From assembly GCA_001805445.1 (NCBI GenBank), contig MHGF01000035.1, positions 25,279 to 89,278 on the forward strand: 64,000 nucleotides of DNA, given 5' to 3'. The notes under the pieces were generated by a model. That model saw only the letters and a list, made by a program, of their open reading frames with translations. It ran no database searches and was not told where the DNA came from. This DNA comes from Omnitrophica WOR_2 bacterium GWF2_43_52. Its GTDB lineage: Bacteria > Omnitrophota > Gorgyraeia > Gygaellales > UBA12090. Shown piece by piece: positions 51,401-61,900 of this stretch. The translations under genes and the position numbers were made by a program. Every line of letters begins with the position of its first letter. Positions within the stretch are counted from its first letter, which is position 1.

Positions 51401-52060
51401 CTTCAGAGCGGAGATAATGTAATTACAGTTACAGCAACCGATAGAGCGGCTAATATCGCAACGGTTAAGCTTACGGTAACCTATGACGGAATTCCTCCTA
51501 CAGGATCCCTTATTATTAATAGCGGTGCGGCATATACAGGTTCTACCAATGTTACTTTAAATCTTTCCGCAGATGATACGGTTGCGGTTGCAGGGTATTA
51601 CCTATCGGACAATCCTGCTGTACCAGGGGCTTCAGATGCGGGATGGAATACAATCCCGAGTATGTCAAGCTATACCGCAAGCGTTAGCTATACCTTGACT
51701 TCGGGAAATGGCCAAAAGACAATCTACTGCTGGTATAAGGATGCGGCGGGTAACGTTTCAGCTGTGAGTAGCGATTCGATTATTTTTGACACTTCGCCTC
51801 CAATGATTACTATAACAGGCCCAACATCGGGTCCAACCTATAGTGCGGTAAGCACTCCATTGAGGTTGGAAGGGACAGCAGATAATCTTAGAAGTATTCG
51901 CTGGGAAAATAATCTCGGGGGTTCAGGCACAGTCACAGGGAGAAAAAATTGGTCAATTGATAATATAATGCTCTATAGTGGAAATAATGAGATAACAGTG
52001 ACTGCAATTGACAGGGCAGGGAATACGGCAGCAGATACAATTACAGTAACTTTCAGGTAA
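48494..52060 (+). CDS. large secreted right-handed beta-helix protein (pectate-lyase-like PbH1 repeats) with C-terminal Ig-like / Fn3-like repeat array
   Basis: ATG 48494 after GGAGGA. Signal/TM segment. PbH1-like repeats (NVKNVTVFGG, VEIINSTIRNV, LRIHHNSFFDI, VEMAYNRVIG). Three copies of an Ig-like module of about 90 aa, one Fn3-like module, and two copies of a ~100-aa module ending in KTIYCWYKD.AGNVS. Confidence 0.7.
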   Translation: MKAIFYNTSKSFVMGLIVFIMGSMAAGSVLANSYYVDPVNGSDSSNGSLSLPWRTLGNSIGKLSAGDTLYLRGGNYFESGVRITISGAPSQHIIIKNYNEEIPIIDGGYQDFRAISNNDWELYDSQRNIYRSTKAYPGAGNNGAIHAFLKIGEITTNLIAYERYGDLASDNQLYTETGSMYLGPGVIWNSIDQRIYIRLVSSDLESQMGYSILSNSDPRQNSIYIVPLGVVVNFENNASYLDIEGVSFRYRNNALRFASGHHINVKNVTVFGGTTYILTEQAAHDLVFDTLIVDGYFPEWLAFKDIKSATRPAHAMEVAAFVLHDSENVEIINSTIRNVMDFLDGGGNNLRIHHNSFFDIRDDVVQLDTQCNNVEMAYNRVIGCSKSFDRNQGANATNLGTKYVHHNIIDIRKRHLHFRQGDPLFQQAGGDGKIQNRAFGTHGTIDMDPWKIYHNTVLIGKSVNAHLSQDGIGFDYDETTAPGVPHEVYNNIFIQTEDHRMGQRSRVHDGSQILDGNLYYRTVSNPTEPFFINWANETSQSSFNSLAAFKASSFFDQTKQYYTPGWEANGIEADPMLDEEYHPAANSPAATGAVDLSSKGWPGISGEQYRGALSPAADTSVPSITIISPTSNTAYVTTQSVVSLSGTASDDRGVTSVNWLNDRGGNGTAIGTSNWSVATITLNAGNNLITVSAYDAAGNVANNTLTVTYGSAPTVITGTSTNVLVDSSTVSAVVNPNGLNTTVYFQYGIIPANYTGKTANQILSGTNRQTISAQLIGLSEATDYYYRAAANNSMGTVNGAEMNFTTTDISAPTGLITINNGASYTNTTAVTLSLSASDNRGVVGYYLSTSNTTPSSSAAGWVAVSAAANYSTSVSYTVTTGNGLKTIYCWYKDVAGNVSIAASGSITLDTLLPAIIITSPTSNSTYTSITNTITISGTAANLISVTWSNDRGGSGTATGTNSWSVNTISLQSGDNVITVTATDRAANIATVKLTVTYDGIPPTGSLIINSGAAYTGSTNVTLNLSADDTVAVAGYYLSDNPAVPGASDAGWNTIPSMSSYTASVSYTLTSGNGQKTIYCWYKDAAGNVSAVSSDSIIFDTSPPMITITGPTSGPTYSAVSTPLRLEGTADNLRSIRWENNLGGSGTVTGRKNWSIDNIMLYSGNNEITVTAIDRAGNTAADTITVTFR

Positions 52061-52073
52061 TGCTGTTATATAT

Positions 52074-55000
52074 ATGATTAAGACTATGAAAAAATCAATT
52101 AAATCTTCATTGTCAATTATAGTTATCTTGTTGTTTTCTTCATCTACAGCCGGCATAACTTCAACTACCCCTCAAGCCAATTTCCAAAAAGTTTCATCTC
52201 AATCTCAAGATGATGCTAAGCAGGATAATCTTTCTTTAAAGCACTATGTCCCCGGACAGCTCATAATCAAACTTAAGGAAGGCCAGGACTTAAGCGAACT
52301 GGCTGATTTAAACGCCCGCTATAAGGTTTTATCATATGCTAAATTGCTTAGGGATATGCCCGGCATCAAAGTTAAAACTACTGGTTCAGATGCCAAAGAA
52401 CATAGGGTTTGGTATTGGCAATTAGACAAAGATTCGAAAGAGTACAAAGACTATAACAAACGTATTGCAAAGAAAGAACAAGAAAAACAAGGACAGGAAC
52501 AATTAAAGGCCCATATTGAGCTTCGCCAGCAGAGGACGCCAAGAAATGATGATATACCTCAATTTGAAACCACCTATCTTTTAAAAACATCCTCAGATAC
52601 CAATATCATGGAAATGGCGAGCGCTTATTCCAGCGCCGCTCAGGTGGAATATGCAGAGCCAAATTATATCTGTAGCATGTCTCTATCTCCAAATGATACC
52701 TACTACTCCTATCAGTGGGGGCCGGCGATGATGGGCGCGGAAAGCGCCTGGGATAGCTCTCAAGGGGAAAATATACGGGTTGCGGTAATTGATACAGGCT
52801 TAGATGTGAATCATGAGGATATATCAGGGCAAGTTATCAACCCCTATGATACGGTAGATCTTGATACCGGGCTGTGGCAGGGAACTTACTGGAAATTAGC
52901 TTCAGATGAGGATTATACCACGCCTGATACCGACCCCAAGGATATGAATGGCCATGGCACGCATGTAGCGGGAACAATTGCCGCTATAACTAATAATTCT
53001 AAAGGTGTTGCGGGCATGGCAGGTAAAGCTAAAATTATGCCGGTGAGGGCTGGGTTTAAGATACTCTATGGTAACAGCGAAACAGCGCTTCTTGAAACAG
53101 ACGATATCATCAACGCTATTATTTATGCTACGGATAACGGAGCAGATGTCATCAATATGAGTTTGGGAGGCGGAGGCCTTAGTTATACTTTACGAGATGC
53201 TATTGATTATGCCTATAGCCAAGGGTGTGTGGTTGTAGTTGCGGCGGGTAATTCTAATTTGGACTCCGCGTATTTTAGTCCGGCTATGTATAATCAGGTC
53301 ATAAGCGTTGGCGCGGTTGATTCTGATGGGCAAAAGGCGTCTTTTTCAAATTATGGCCACATGGTTGATGTAGCAGCTCCGGGAGTTGATATTCTATCAA
53401 CCTATCCTACCGCCTTGACTGATGAGAATTATGCTCCGTACGCGTATATGGATGGCACCAGCATGGCATGCCCGCATGTAAGCGGCGCGGCGGCAGTATT
53501 GCTTTCCAAATATCCGAGCATGACTATTGAACAGCTAAGGGCGACCTTACGGGCAACGGCGGGAGACGGTAACGGAACAAGAAGTGATGATTTAGGATAT
53601 GGAGTAGTGAAAATAGACAGGGCATTGAATAATACGGTTAATCATTATGGGAATATCAATTCTCCTGAATTCTTTGCCGGGGTTAATCAGGGCCTGATAA
53701 AAATTAACGGCAGCACCACAGGGGCTAACTTTAAGTCATATAAACTTGAATATTGCCGGGGACTTTTTCCAAAGGGGCCTTGGGCTACTATTAAAGAATC
53801 AACCTCTAAGGTTGATAGCGGAGAGTTAGCAGAGTGGGATACCTCAGGGCTTTCCTTAGGGACATATACCTTGAGGTTGTCAGTAGAGGGTAATGGGAGC
53901 TCTTACATACACCAGATATATCATAAAATTTACCTTACCACTAATAATCAATCCGGATGGCCCCGCATAATTGAGTTTCTCCCTGGGTATGTCTATTCGG
54001 ATAGTTATCAGACATTATCGCCATTGTTCGCGGATTTGGAAGGCGATGGCTCATTGGAATGCGCGCTGATGTCGTCAGCGGGAAGAGTCTATGCCTGGGA
54101 TAAGGATGGCAGCCTCAAGAACGGTTTTCCTGTAGAGTTTCGTTCTTCGAGCTCAACGTCATTGAACGCGGCAGATATAAATAATGATGGCAAGCTTGAG
54201 CTAATCGCTGGTATGCAAGAGGATAGCTATGATAGAGGTGAAATTTATGGCTTTGATTATCAGGGAAATCTACTTTCCGGATGGCCGCCAAGCGGGCTTC
54301 CCTCCGAGCGCAGCCTTACTCGGATGACCCCTGCTATTGGTAATCTTGATGGGGGAAGCGATTTAGAAGTGGTTACCAATATAAATACCGGGCAAAATAA
54401 ATTTTACGGCTTTAAGTCAAATGGCACTCAGGTATCCGGCTGGCCGGTGAATAATGCCAGCCCTGATGGAGAGGCCCCGATATTAGCCAACATAGATGAT
54501 GATGAAGAATTAGAAGCAATGGCTTTGGGGAGTGGAGAACTTTTGTTGATAGATGGTAACGGTTCCTTGATTCGCAGTATTGCCCTCAACGCTTCCTATA
54601 TAGATACCTCCGAATCTCCCGCGTTAACAGTAGGAGACGTTGATGGGGATGGAAAATTAGAGATTGTGGCATGTGTAGATACTCAGGCTTCCGGTAAGAA
54701 ATATAAATTCTTTGTCTATGAGCTTGACGGAACTTTGGTTTCCTCATGGGAAATTACGCAGCCTGATAATATCATAGATGAGGCGTATTACTTTCGCAAC
54801 CTGGCATTAGGGGATTTAAATAAAGACGGAAAAAATGAAATAATCTTCGCGACCCCTTACTCAGAAGGTACTAAGGAAACCGATATTCTTCAAAATAAAA
54901 TTTACGCCTGGGATTCACAGGGAAATCTATTTTTTGGAAAAACGATAGATTTAGGCGCAGATGAAGGAGCCTATTCATCCGCTGTGTTAGCGGATTTAGA

Positions 55001-58000
55001 TGGAGACGCTCAGCCCGAGATAGTAATAGGCACTGATAGCGGAAAGATTCACGCCTATGACAAAAATGGGAATGTGGTAAGCGGCTTTCCTATAGAGACA
55101 GGGGGATGGCTGAGAGCGCCACTGGCAATTGCAGATGTTGATAGTGACGGAAAACTGGAGGCTTTGGCAGTAAGCGTAGACGGGGTAGTGAATTTGGTGG
55201 AATTGCCCTCAAGCGGGCCGGCGGATAGAGTTGAGTGGCCAATGTTTCAGCATGACAATCAGCACACAGGCTGTTATGTTGTTCCCGACGCGACAATTCC
55301 TAAATTAAAAGCGCTTGAGATGCAATCTGGATTTGAGGGGCAAAAAATTACCTTTCAGCTGCAGGCAGAAAAAGGGACGCCCCCTTATACCTATGGCATG
55401 GTAAGTGGTACCTTGCCTCAGGGCGCAACCTTATCGAGTAGCGGCGCTTTTAGCTGGACTCCCGGCTATGAGCAATCGCAGACAGAAGCGTATACGATAA
55501 AAGCAAAAGTCACGGATTCAAAAGGCAATGTGTCTAAAGAAGAGCCATATACTGTTAGGGTATTTAATTCTTCTTTATACGGAGTAGTAAAGGATGCGGC
55601 TACTTCTATCGCCATAGCAGGGGCGCAAATTGACTTGGTGCGAAAGTCAGATGGAGTAACGGTATATACCACAAATTCCGATAGCCAAGGGAAATATCTT
55701 ATTACTCAGGATATTAATTCCGGAGAGTACCGTATGGAAATAAGTTTCTCCGGATATAATGATAAGACAATAGAGGTTTCTTTAACCAAAGGGCAGACCA
55801 ATGAGGCCAATGTTGAGCTGACGGTATATGTCGCAAACAATGCCCCTGTTATTACCTATCCTCAAAACAACGCGGTGTTTAAAATTTCTGAGGGAGAGAG
55901 TTTTAGCCTCACCGTGAGCGCGACAGATGCCGACGCGGATACGCTAAGTTATTCAAGCGGGAGTTTGCCTTCAGGCGCTAATTTTAATACCGCAACGCAT
56001 ACTTTTACTTGGGCTCCTGATTATAAGCAGGGCAAGCAAAGCTACAATGCCGTTTTTTATGTGACTGATGGCAAAATAAGCAATCCTGTGTCCGTAACTG
56101 TTACTTTGGATGTGGCTAATGCGGCTAAGGCCCCTGAGTTTTCCCAGGGCCAAGACGCAAAAAGCACTTCTGAAGGACAAACATTTACCTATACCTTGCC
56201 GGAGGTATCAGCAAGTTATGGGGATAGCTTGGAATATGCCCTTTCCGGTTCGCCCGATTGGCTGAGCTTAAATAACAGGCAGTTGACCGGGACCGCTGCC
56301 TATGATTCACAGAGAAGCTATGAAATACAATGGAAGGCCAAAGACACGGAGGGAGAGGCTACATTCACCTTGGCGTTGAGTGTTAACAATACAGCGGGCG
56401 CTCCGGTATTTAGCCCTGGCTATGACATAGAAACTATTACAGAAGAAACAGAAAGCTTTGATTATACCTTACCGTTAGTTTCAGAAAGCTATGGGAATAA
56501 TTTGACGTATAGATTAGAGGGGGAACCTGAGTGGTTGAGTTTTAATGAGAATAACCGCAATCTTAGCGGAAAAGCGCCGTATGAGTCAGAGAGAAGTTAC
56601 ACGATAAAGTGGATAGCTTCTGATACAGAGGGCGAGTCGGCGTTTACCTTGACATTGAATGTGAGTAACAAGGAAAGGCCTCCGGAATTCAAAAAGTCAT
56701 CCGATAGTTTGAGTGTTAATGAAGGAGAGGCATTAGAGTACTCATTTCCCATGGTAGATCGTAATTATGGCACAGGGCTCACGTATTCACTTTCCGATAA
56801 ACCGGACTGGGCAACTATTGATACTGCCACAGGCAGATTGACCGTTACGGAAGGAAATGTCCCTTTTGATGGCTCAGGTGGCTATCCCCTGCATTGGATT
56901 GCTCAGGATAGCGAAGGTTCTGCCACATTTATATTGAATCTTACTATAGATAATGTCAATCGCGCTCCGGTGTTAGAGCCTATTGGCAATAAGGAAGTTT
57001 CTGAGGGCTCAAGCGTAAGTTTTACCATTCATGCCGCTGATAGCGATGGCGACAGCCTGACGTATTCTGCTGAAGGCAAGCTTCCTGATAGCGCCTCTTT
57101 TAATACTGCTGGCGCTGTATTTAGCTGGATTCCCAACTATACCCAAGCAGGCAGCTATACATTGACGTTTAAGGTTTCTGACGGCAATGATTCTGACTCA
57201 GAAGAGATTGCCATAACAGTGAGTAACAGCCCTCATGCTCCAGAGTTTAGTAAACCATCTGATACTCAGGCAATTACCGAAGATACAGAAAATTTTGAAT
57301 ATTCCTTACCTGAGGTTGCTAATAACTATGGTAATGATTTACGCTATACATTAGAGAATAAGCCTGAGTGGCTGGATTATAACGAAAATTCACGAAAATT
57401 AAGCGGCAAGGCTCCGTATGATTCAAAACGCAGCTATGAAATAAACTGGATAGCCAGAGATTCCGAAGGAGAAGCGGCCTTTGCCTTAACTATCAATGTT
57501 ACCGACAAAAAGCGCCCGCCTGAGTTTAGTAAAAAGTCAGATAAAATTGATGCGAATGAAGGAGAAAGTATTGCCTATAGCTTACCGAAGGCGGAAAGCA
57601 AAATCACGGATGAAGTTATAGCCTATTCAGTTACCGAAAAACCTGATTTTGTAACTGTTGATGTATCAAGCGCTAAGGCAACAGGAGAAGTTTCCTATGA
57701 TAATGGCGATAATGATTATCAGCTTATTTGGAAGGCAACAGGCGAGGAAGGCGAAGATAGTTTTACTCTGAATATTTCGGTTAAGGATATGAACCGTTCC
57801 CCGGTTATCGAAACTATATCAGATTATACGATTAATGAGGGCGAAAGTTTAAGTTTTACGGTAAATACCTATGATGATGATTCCGAGGACACGCTAGTAA
57901 CTACGCTTAAGCATGTCCCTGACGGAGCAAGCTTTGTTGATTTGGTATTCAAATGGGCCCCAACCTACAAACAGTCAGGGAAATATACCCTTACTTTAAC

Positions 58001-58832
58001 TTCCTCTGACGGCAAGGCAAAGGCAGAGCAGGATTTTACTATAGAGGTCTTAGACGCGCAAGGGGATGACGAGGAATCGGAAGACACATCGAAAGATACT
58101 GATGATTCGGATAACGATGATTCAAACGAAGATGATTCGACGCAAGATTCGCAGGATTCTGGTGAATCGGAAGATAGCGATACAAATACAGATTCTTCTG
58201 CAAATGATATTTCTCAAGAGACAAGTGATAGTTCAAATGATGAAGAATCAGAAGTAACAATTTCAGGAGGAAGTACATGGGTAGTGGTGCAGGAGCCAAA
58301 AAAAACTTCCACTTCCGATAGTGAGGATAATGAGGATAAAAAAGAAGGCGTAAGCGGGGACGATAAATCATTAACACAGTCAGTGGATGCGGAGAGTGAG
58401 TATCAAGAAAGCGGTGCTCGACGCAGTGAGGAAGAAGAGGAAAGGGTTGCGATGCGTTCCGAGCCGCAAAATGATGGTTACGATGAATCATCTGTGCGGG
58501 ATAGTGATTATGAAGAAACATCTTCAGCATCATCAGAGGGTTCCTCGGTTAACTTTATGGCAGTGCATAATAATAAAGGCATTCTAAAAGAAATTCAGGT
58601 GCTCAATGAACGCGCGGATATAGTGCATAGTTATAAAATAAAATATGGGAAGCGGAATTCATTAATTGGCTTGTTTAGAAATGATGCCGCAAAAGCCTAC
58701 GTATATATAGATACTGACGGCATCACGGTTAAGAAAGTAAAGATTAAAAATACTAGTGAAATTTTAGATGAGGATTTAAAGAAAGAAGTTGATGGAATAA
58801 TAGCCTTTATGGGATTTATAAAAAATAATTAG
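52074..58832 (+). CDS. giant secreted subtilisin (S8) protease fused to FG-GAP beta-propeller, cadherin-like/Ig repeat array and acidic low-complexity tail
   Basis: 2252 aa. Signal peptide. S8 triad in VAVIDTGLD, HGTHVAG and GTSMACPHVSGAAAV. At least six FG-GAP-like D.DGDGK.E repeats. About six ~95-aa APEFS-type repeats. D/E/S-rich tail about 58030-58570. Conserved ~90-aa C-terminal domain. Confidence 0.75.
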   Translation: MIKTMKKSIKSSLSIIVILLFSSSTAGITSTTPQANFQKVSSQSQDDAKQDNLSLKHYVPGQLIIKLKEGQDLSELADLNARYKVLSYAKLLRDMPGIKVKTTGSDAKEHRVWYWQLDKDSKEYKDYNKRIAKKEQEKQGQEQLKAHIELRQQRTPRNDDIPQFETTYLLKTSSDTNIMEMASAYSSAAQVEYAEPNYICSMSLSPNDTYYSYQWGPAMMGAESAWDSSQGENIRVAVIDTGLDVNHEDISGQVINPYDTVDLDTGLWQGTYWKLASDEDYTTPDTDPKDMNGHGTHVAGTIAAITNNSKGVAGMAGKAKIMPVRAGFKILYGNSETALLETDDIINAIIYATDNGADVINMSLGGGGLSYTLRDAIDYAYSQGCVVVVAAGNSNLDSAYFSPAMYNQVISVGAVDSDGQKASFSNYGHMVDVAAPGVDILSTYPTALTDENYAPYAYMDGTSMACPHVSGAAAVLLSKYPSMTIEQLRATLRATAGDGNGTRSDDLGYGVVKIDRALNNTVNHYGNINSPEFFAGVNQGLIKINGSTTGANFKSYKLEYCRGLFPKGPWATIKESTSKVDSGELAEWDTSGLSLGTYTLRLSVEGNGSSYIHQIYHKIYLTTNNQSGWPRIIEFLPGYVYSDSYQTLSPLFADLEGDGSLECALMSSAGRVYAWDKDGSLKNGFPVEFRSSSSTSLNAADINNDGKLELIAGMQEDSYDRGEIYGFDYQGNLLSGWPPSGLPSERSLTRMTPAIGNLDGGSDLEVVTNINTGQNKFYGFKSNGTQVSGWPVNNASPDGEAPILANIDDDEELEAMALGSGELLLIDGNGSLIRSIALNASYIDTSESPALTVGDVDGDGKLEIVACVDTQASGKKYKFFVYELDGTLVSSWEITQPDNIIDEAYYFRNLALGDLNKDGKNEIIFATPYSEGTKETDILQNKIYAWDSQGNLFFGKTIDLGADEGAYSSAVLADLDGDAQPEIVIGTDSGKIHAYDKNGNVVSGFPIETGGWLRAPLAIADVDSDGKLEALAVSVDGVVNLVELPSSGPADRVEWPMFQHDNQHTGCYVVPDATIPKLKALEMQSGFEGQKITFQLQAEKGTPPYTYGMVSGTLPQGATLSSSGAFSWTPGYEQSQTEAYTIKAKVTDSKGNVSKEEPYTVRVFNSSLYGVVKDAATSIAIAGAQIDLVRKSDGVTVYTTNSDSQGKYLITQDINSGEYRMEISFSGYNDKTIEVSLTKGQTNEANVELTVYVANNAPVITYPQNNAVFKISEGESFSLTVSATDADADTLSYSSGSLPSGANFNTATHTFTWAPDYKQGKQSYNAVFYVTDGKISNPVSVTVTLDVANAAKAPEFSQGQDAKSTSEGQTFTYTLPEVSASYGDSLEYALSGSPDWLSLNNRQLTGTAAYDSQRSYEIQWKAKDTEGEATFTLALSVNNTAGAPVFSPGYDIETITEETESFDYTLPLVSESYGNNLTYRLEGEPEWLSFNENNRNLSGKAPYESERSYTIKWIASDTEGESAFTLTLNVSNKERPPEFKKSSDSLSVNEGEALEYSFPMVDRNYGTGLTYSLSDKPDWATIDTATGRLTVTEGNVPFDGSGGYPLHWIAQDSEGSATFILNLTIDNVNRAPVLEPIGNKEVSEGSSVSFTIHAADSDGDSLTYSAEGKLPDSASFNTAGAVFSWIPNYTQAGSYTLTFKVSDGNDSDSEEIAITVSNSPHAPEFSKPSDTQAITEDTENFEYSLPEVANNYGNDLRYTLENKPEWLDYNENSRKLSGKAPYDSKRSYEINWIARDSEGEAAFALTINVTDKKRPPEFSKKSDKIDANEGESIAYSLPKAESKITDEVIAYSVTEKPDFVTVDVSSAKATGEVSYDNGDNDYQLIWKATGEEGEDSFTLNISVKDMNRSPVIETISDYTINEGESLSFTVNTYDDDSEDTLVTTLKHVPDGASFVDLVFKWAPTYKQSGKYTLTLTSSDGKAKAEQDFTIEVLDAQGDDEESEDTSKDTDDSDNDDSNEDDSTQDSQDSGESEDSDTNTDSSANDISQETSDSSNDEESEVTISGGSTWVVVQEPKKTSTSDSEDNEDKKEGVSGDDKSLTQSVDAESEYQESGARRSEEEEERVAMRSEPQNDGYDESSVRDSDYEETSSASSEGSSVNFMAVHNNKGILKEIQVLNERADIVHSYKIKYGKRNSLIGLFRNDAAKAYVYIDTDGITVKKVKIKNTSEILDEDLKKEVDGIIAFMGFIKNN

Positions 58833-58948
58833 CAGAAAGATATTCTCTGGCATACATTTTAAAAAGTTTTGCAAAGAATGCTTATTAGTTTAAGGGTCAG
58901 ACGAATAATCCGTCACGTTTTGTGGCGGTTAAATAGTAGAGGGGTCAG

Positions 58949-61900
58949 ATGAAACAGATAATTAAATTTTTGGGATTGGTGCTGTTAGTAGTAACTCAAG
59001 TATCGTTATCAAGTGCGCTTGCCGCTGTCACTACGACTACTACCTATAATGATGGGGATATACTTTTTAGTGATGATTTTGAGAATACGTCAACAAATAG
59101 TATGGCCTTTAGCGGAGGCACTTTCCCTACTGTTTCTGCAATAGGGCATAACAATATTACCAGCACTTGTATGGAGGTTAGCGTTACTACTGCTAATGCT
59201 AAAAGTGGCAAGATGGCAACTTTTACTTTTCCTTCTACTGATGCTTCAGCTCTATCTCCATCATATATTGAGATTTCTGGATGGGCAAAGGCTAGTAATG
59301 TTGTGTCCGTTACGAGTACTACTGGCAGCGCAAGAGCCAGTGTAAAGATTAATAATGTTGGTTTCGCCCTTAAGTTTTTTCTGCTACCTGCGCAATGGGA
59401 ACAATTTGTAATGTTAGTGCCTATACCTCTTCCTCCAAAGCCCCCGGCAACTATAACTGTTAATACAATTAACCTTAATCTTGGATTATGGGAAGCATCT
59501 GGGACGGTGTTGTTTGATGACCTGCAAATTAAATTAGTTAAAAAAATACCCATGGATTCTAATAAGAATTATGCTGGTGCATACCAACAATATTATACTG
59601 GCCATCCCATCAATCCTGTTGTTAGCGATGCAAGCCAAGCCGACACTTATTTTCGCGGAATGCATCATTCGGACACCTTCTTTAGAACCCAAAGTCCTAA
59701 AGAAGGCCTTGAGGTTTTAGGAAGAAAATGGAATGCTAATATTTTTAGATGGATGTTAGAATGTCCTGCGGGTAATTCAAATATAGATAATCAGTATACA
59801 CTTAGTTATGATAGCGGCCCTGTCACTATTACTAATCCAACTACAGGAAGCAAAACAACTTACAAATATGGGACATATTGGGATATTTTAGATGATGCCT
59901 TAGCCCGGCTGGATGAGGCTTTAAAATATGCCCAGCAATATGGCTTAAAGGTTGTGGTTAATCTGGCTGGTTTATCAGGGGGGTTATTTGAGAGTAAAGC
60001 TAATCAAGATAAGTTTGTCCAGGTATGGCAGAAAATAGCAGACAGGTATAAAGTCGGCTCACAATATAGTGATGCTATATATGGTTATGACCTAGCTAAC
60101 GAGCCATTTGTTAATGGCGGCTGGCAAAAATGGACTGGAGCTGCAGGGGTACTGGTTTGGGATGATCTATCAGAAAAGACTGCGCAGGCAATCAATGCGA
60201 TTGATAATACTAAAACAATCATTATTGAACCTTGGTTAAACGGACCCGCAGGTTTTTCCTTCCAGGTGCCTATAAATGCGTCTAAGGTTGTATATAGTGT
60301 GCATATGTATAAACCAAATGTTTTTACCGGGCAAACATCGATCACGGGTTTTGACTGGCCTTTTACAGATCCGATTACTAAGCAGTATTATGATAAGACT
60401 ACTCTTATTAACATGTTAAATACGGTCAAGACTTTTCAGACTACCTATAATGCCCATATTTATGTGGGTGAATTTAGCGCAACTCGTTGGGCAGGGCCAA
60501 CAAGGCCTAAGACCGCCGCATATAAGTATATAAAAGACTGCGTAGAAATTTTTGAGGCCAATAAGTGGGATTGGACCTATTTTGGTTTTAGGTCTACCGG
60601 TTGGAGCGCTGAGGATGATGATAATATTAATACCTATAACAAAGGTTTCTTTTCGAGTTCGTTTGAGGGCAAGCCAAACTCCAGAGAGCAGCTGTTAAGG
60701 ATGTATTTTGCCAAAAATCAGAATCCGTATACCCTGTCAAATGCCTCTTTGCCGCTTAGCTCGCTTACCATAAATAGCATCTATAACTATACCAATTTTT
60801 ATGCTGGTTATAACGATGCCAGTTCTACCTCGGTTAAATTAAAGCTTTCCGGGGTTTTGTCAATAGATGAGGTCAATAATTTTACTGGATACTATGTATC
60901 TAACAGTAATATGCTTCCGTCAGCCTTGGCAGTATGGAATAGTATTCCTGCTTCAAATTTTTTCTTTGATAATACCATTAACCATACGTTAACCAGTGGA
61001 AATGGTTTAAAAACTGTCTACGCCTGGTTTAAGGATACAGCTGGAGGGGTGTTTGGCCCGGTTACGGATACTATAAATTTGAATACTTCGCTTACCGCTA
61101 AAATTAAGCCTACTATCACTATTACTGAACCTACGACAATGGATAACTATACCACTACCCAGCCTTATCCAAACTTACGCTGTATCATTGTGGATGATGT
61201 GGCGCTAGCTTCATTTAATCAGATTACCATCCCTCCAACGTATACCATTAACAATGGGCAGAGCAAGAATCTTTTTTCAGCTAAGAATCAAACCAATTCC
61301 TCCGACCCCGAAGATCCCAATGAGTGGTATGCAAACCCAACTTTATTCCCTGGGACAAATGTTATTACCGTTACGGGCAAGGACAACGATAACAATACGG
61401 CAACCGATACCATTAATATTACGTATAATCCTATCTTGATAAATATCATCAGTCCTACTTCAGACGTAACCTATACCACTGCCAATAGCACTTTAGACAT
61501 AAAAGGTATAGCCTCAGATAAGGCCGGTGTGATAAATAAGGTGGAGTGGAGTAACGATGGAGGATTATCATATTTACCCATTGCCTTCACTACCGTTACC
61601 GGTAATACCACTTGGTCTGTCACTGGGATAAGTTTAGTAAGTGGAAATAACGATATTGGAGTAAAAGCCACGGATAATGCAGGTAACACGGCAACTGATA
61701 GCCTTAGCGTAACCTATAACTCATCTTCCGTAACAGCCCCTACGGCAACCACGAATCAAGCCACTAACATAGCTGTTGACTCAGCCACCTTGAATGGTCT
61801 TGTTAACCCTAATGGTTCGGATACAAATGTTTACTTTGAATATGGCACAACCTCAGGCAATTATAGTGGGCAGATTAACGCTAATCCTAATAGTATCTCT

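Noticed and set aside
58039-58533. 164-aa minus-strand ORF in the acidic-tail region of the S8 giant
   Set aside because: Reverse-complement of the GAT/GAA/TCN-rich repeat. His/Leu/Pro-rich shadow ORF.
59044-59553. 169-aa minus-strand ORF near the start of the GH5 giant
   Set aside because: Embedded antisense to a continuous + strand frame with signal peptide and recognisable GH5 motifs downstream.
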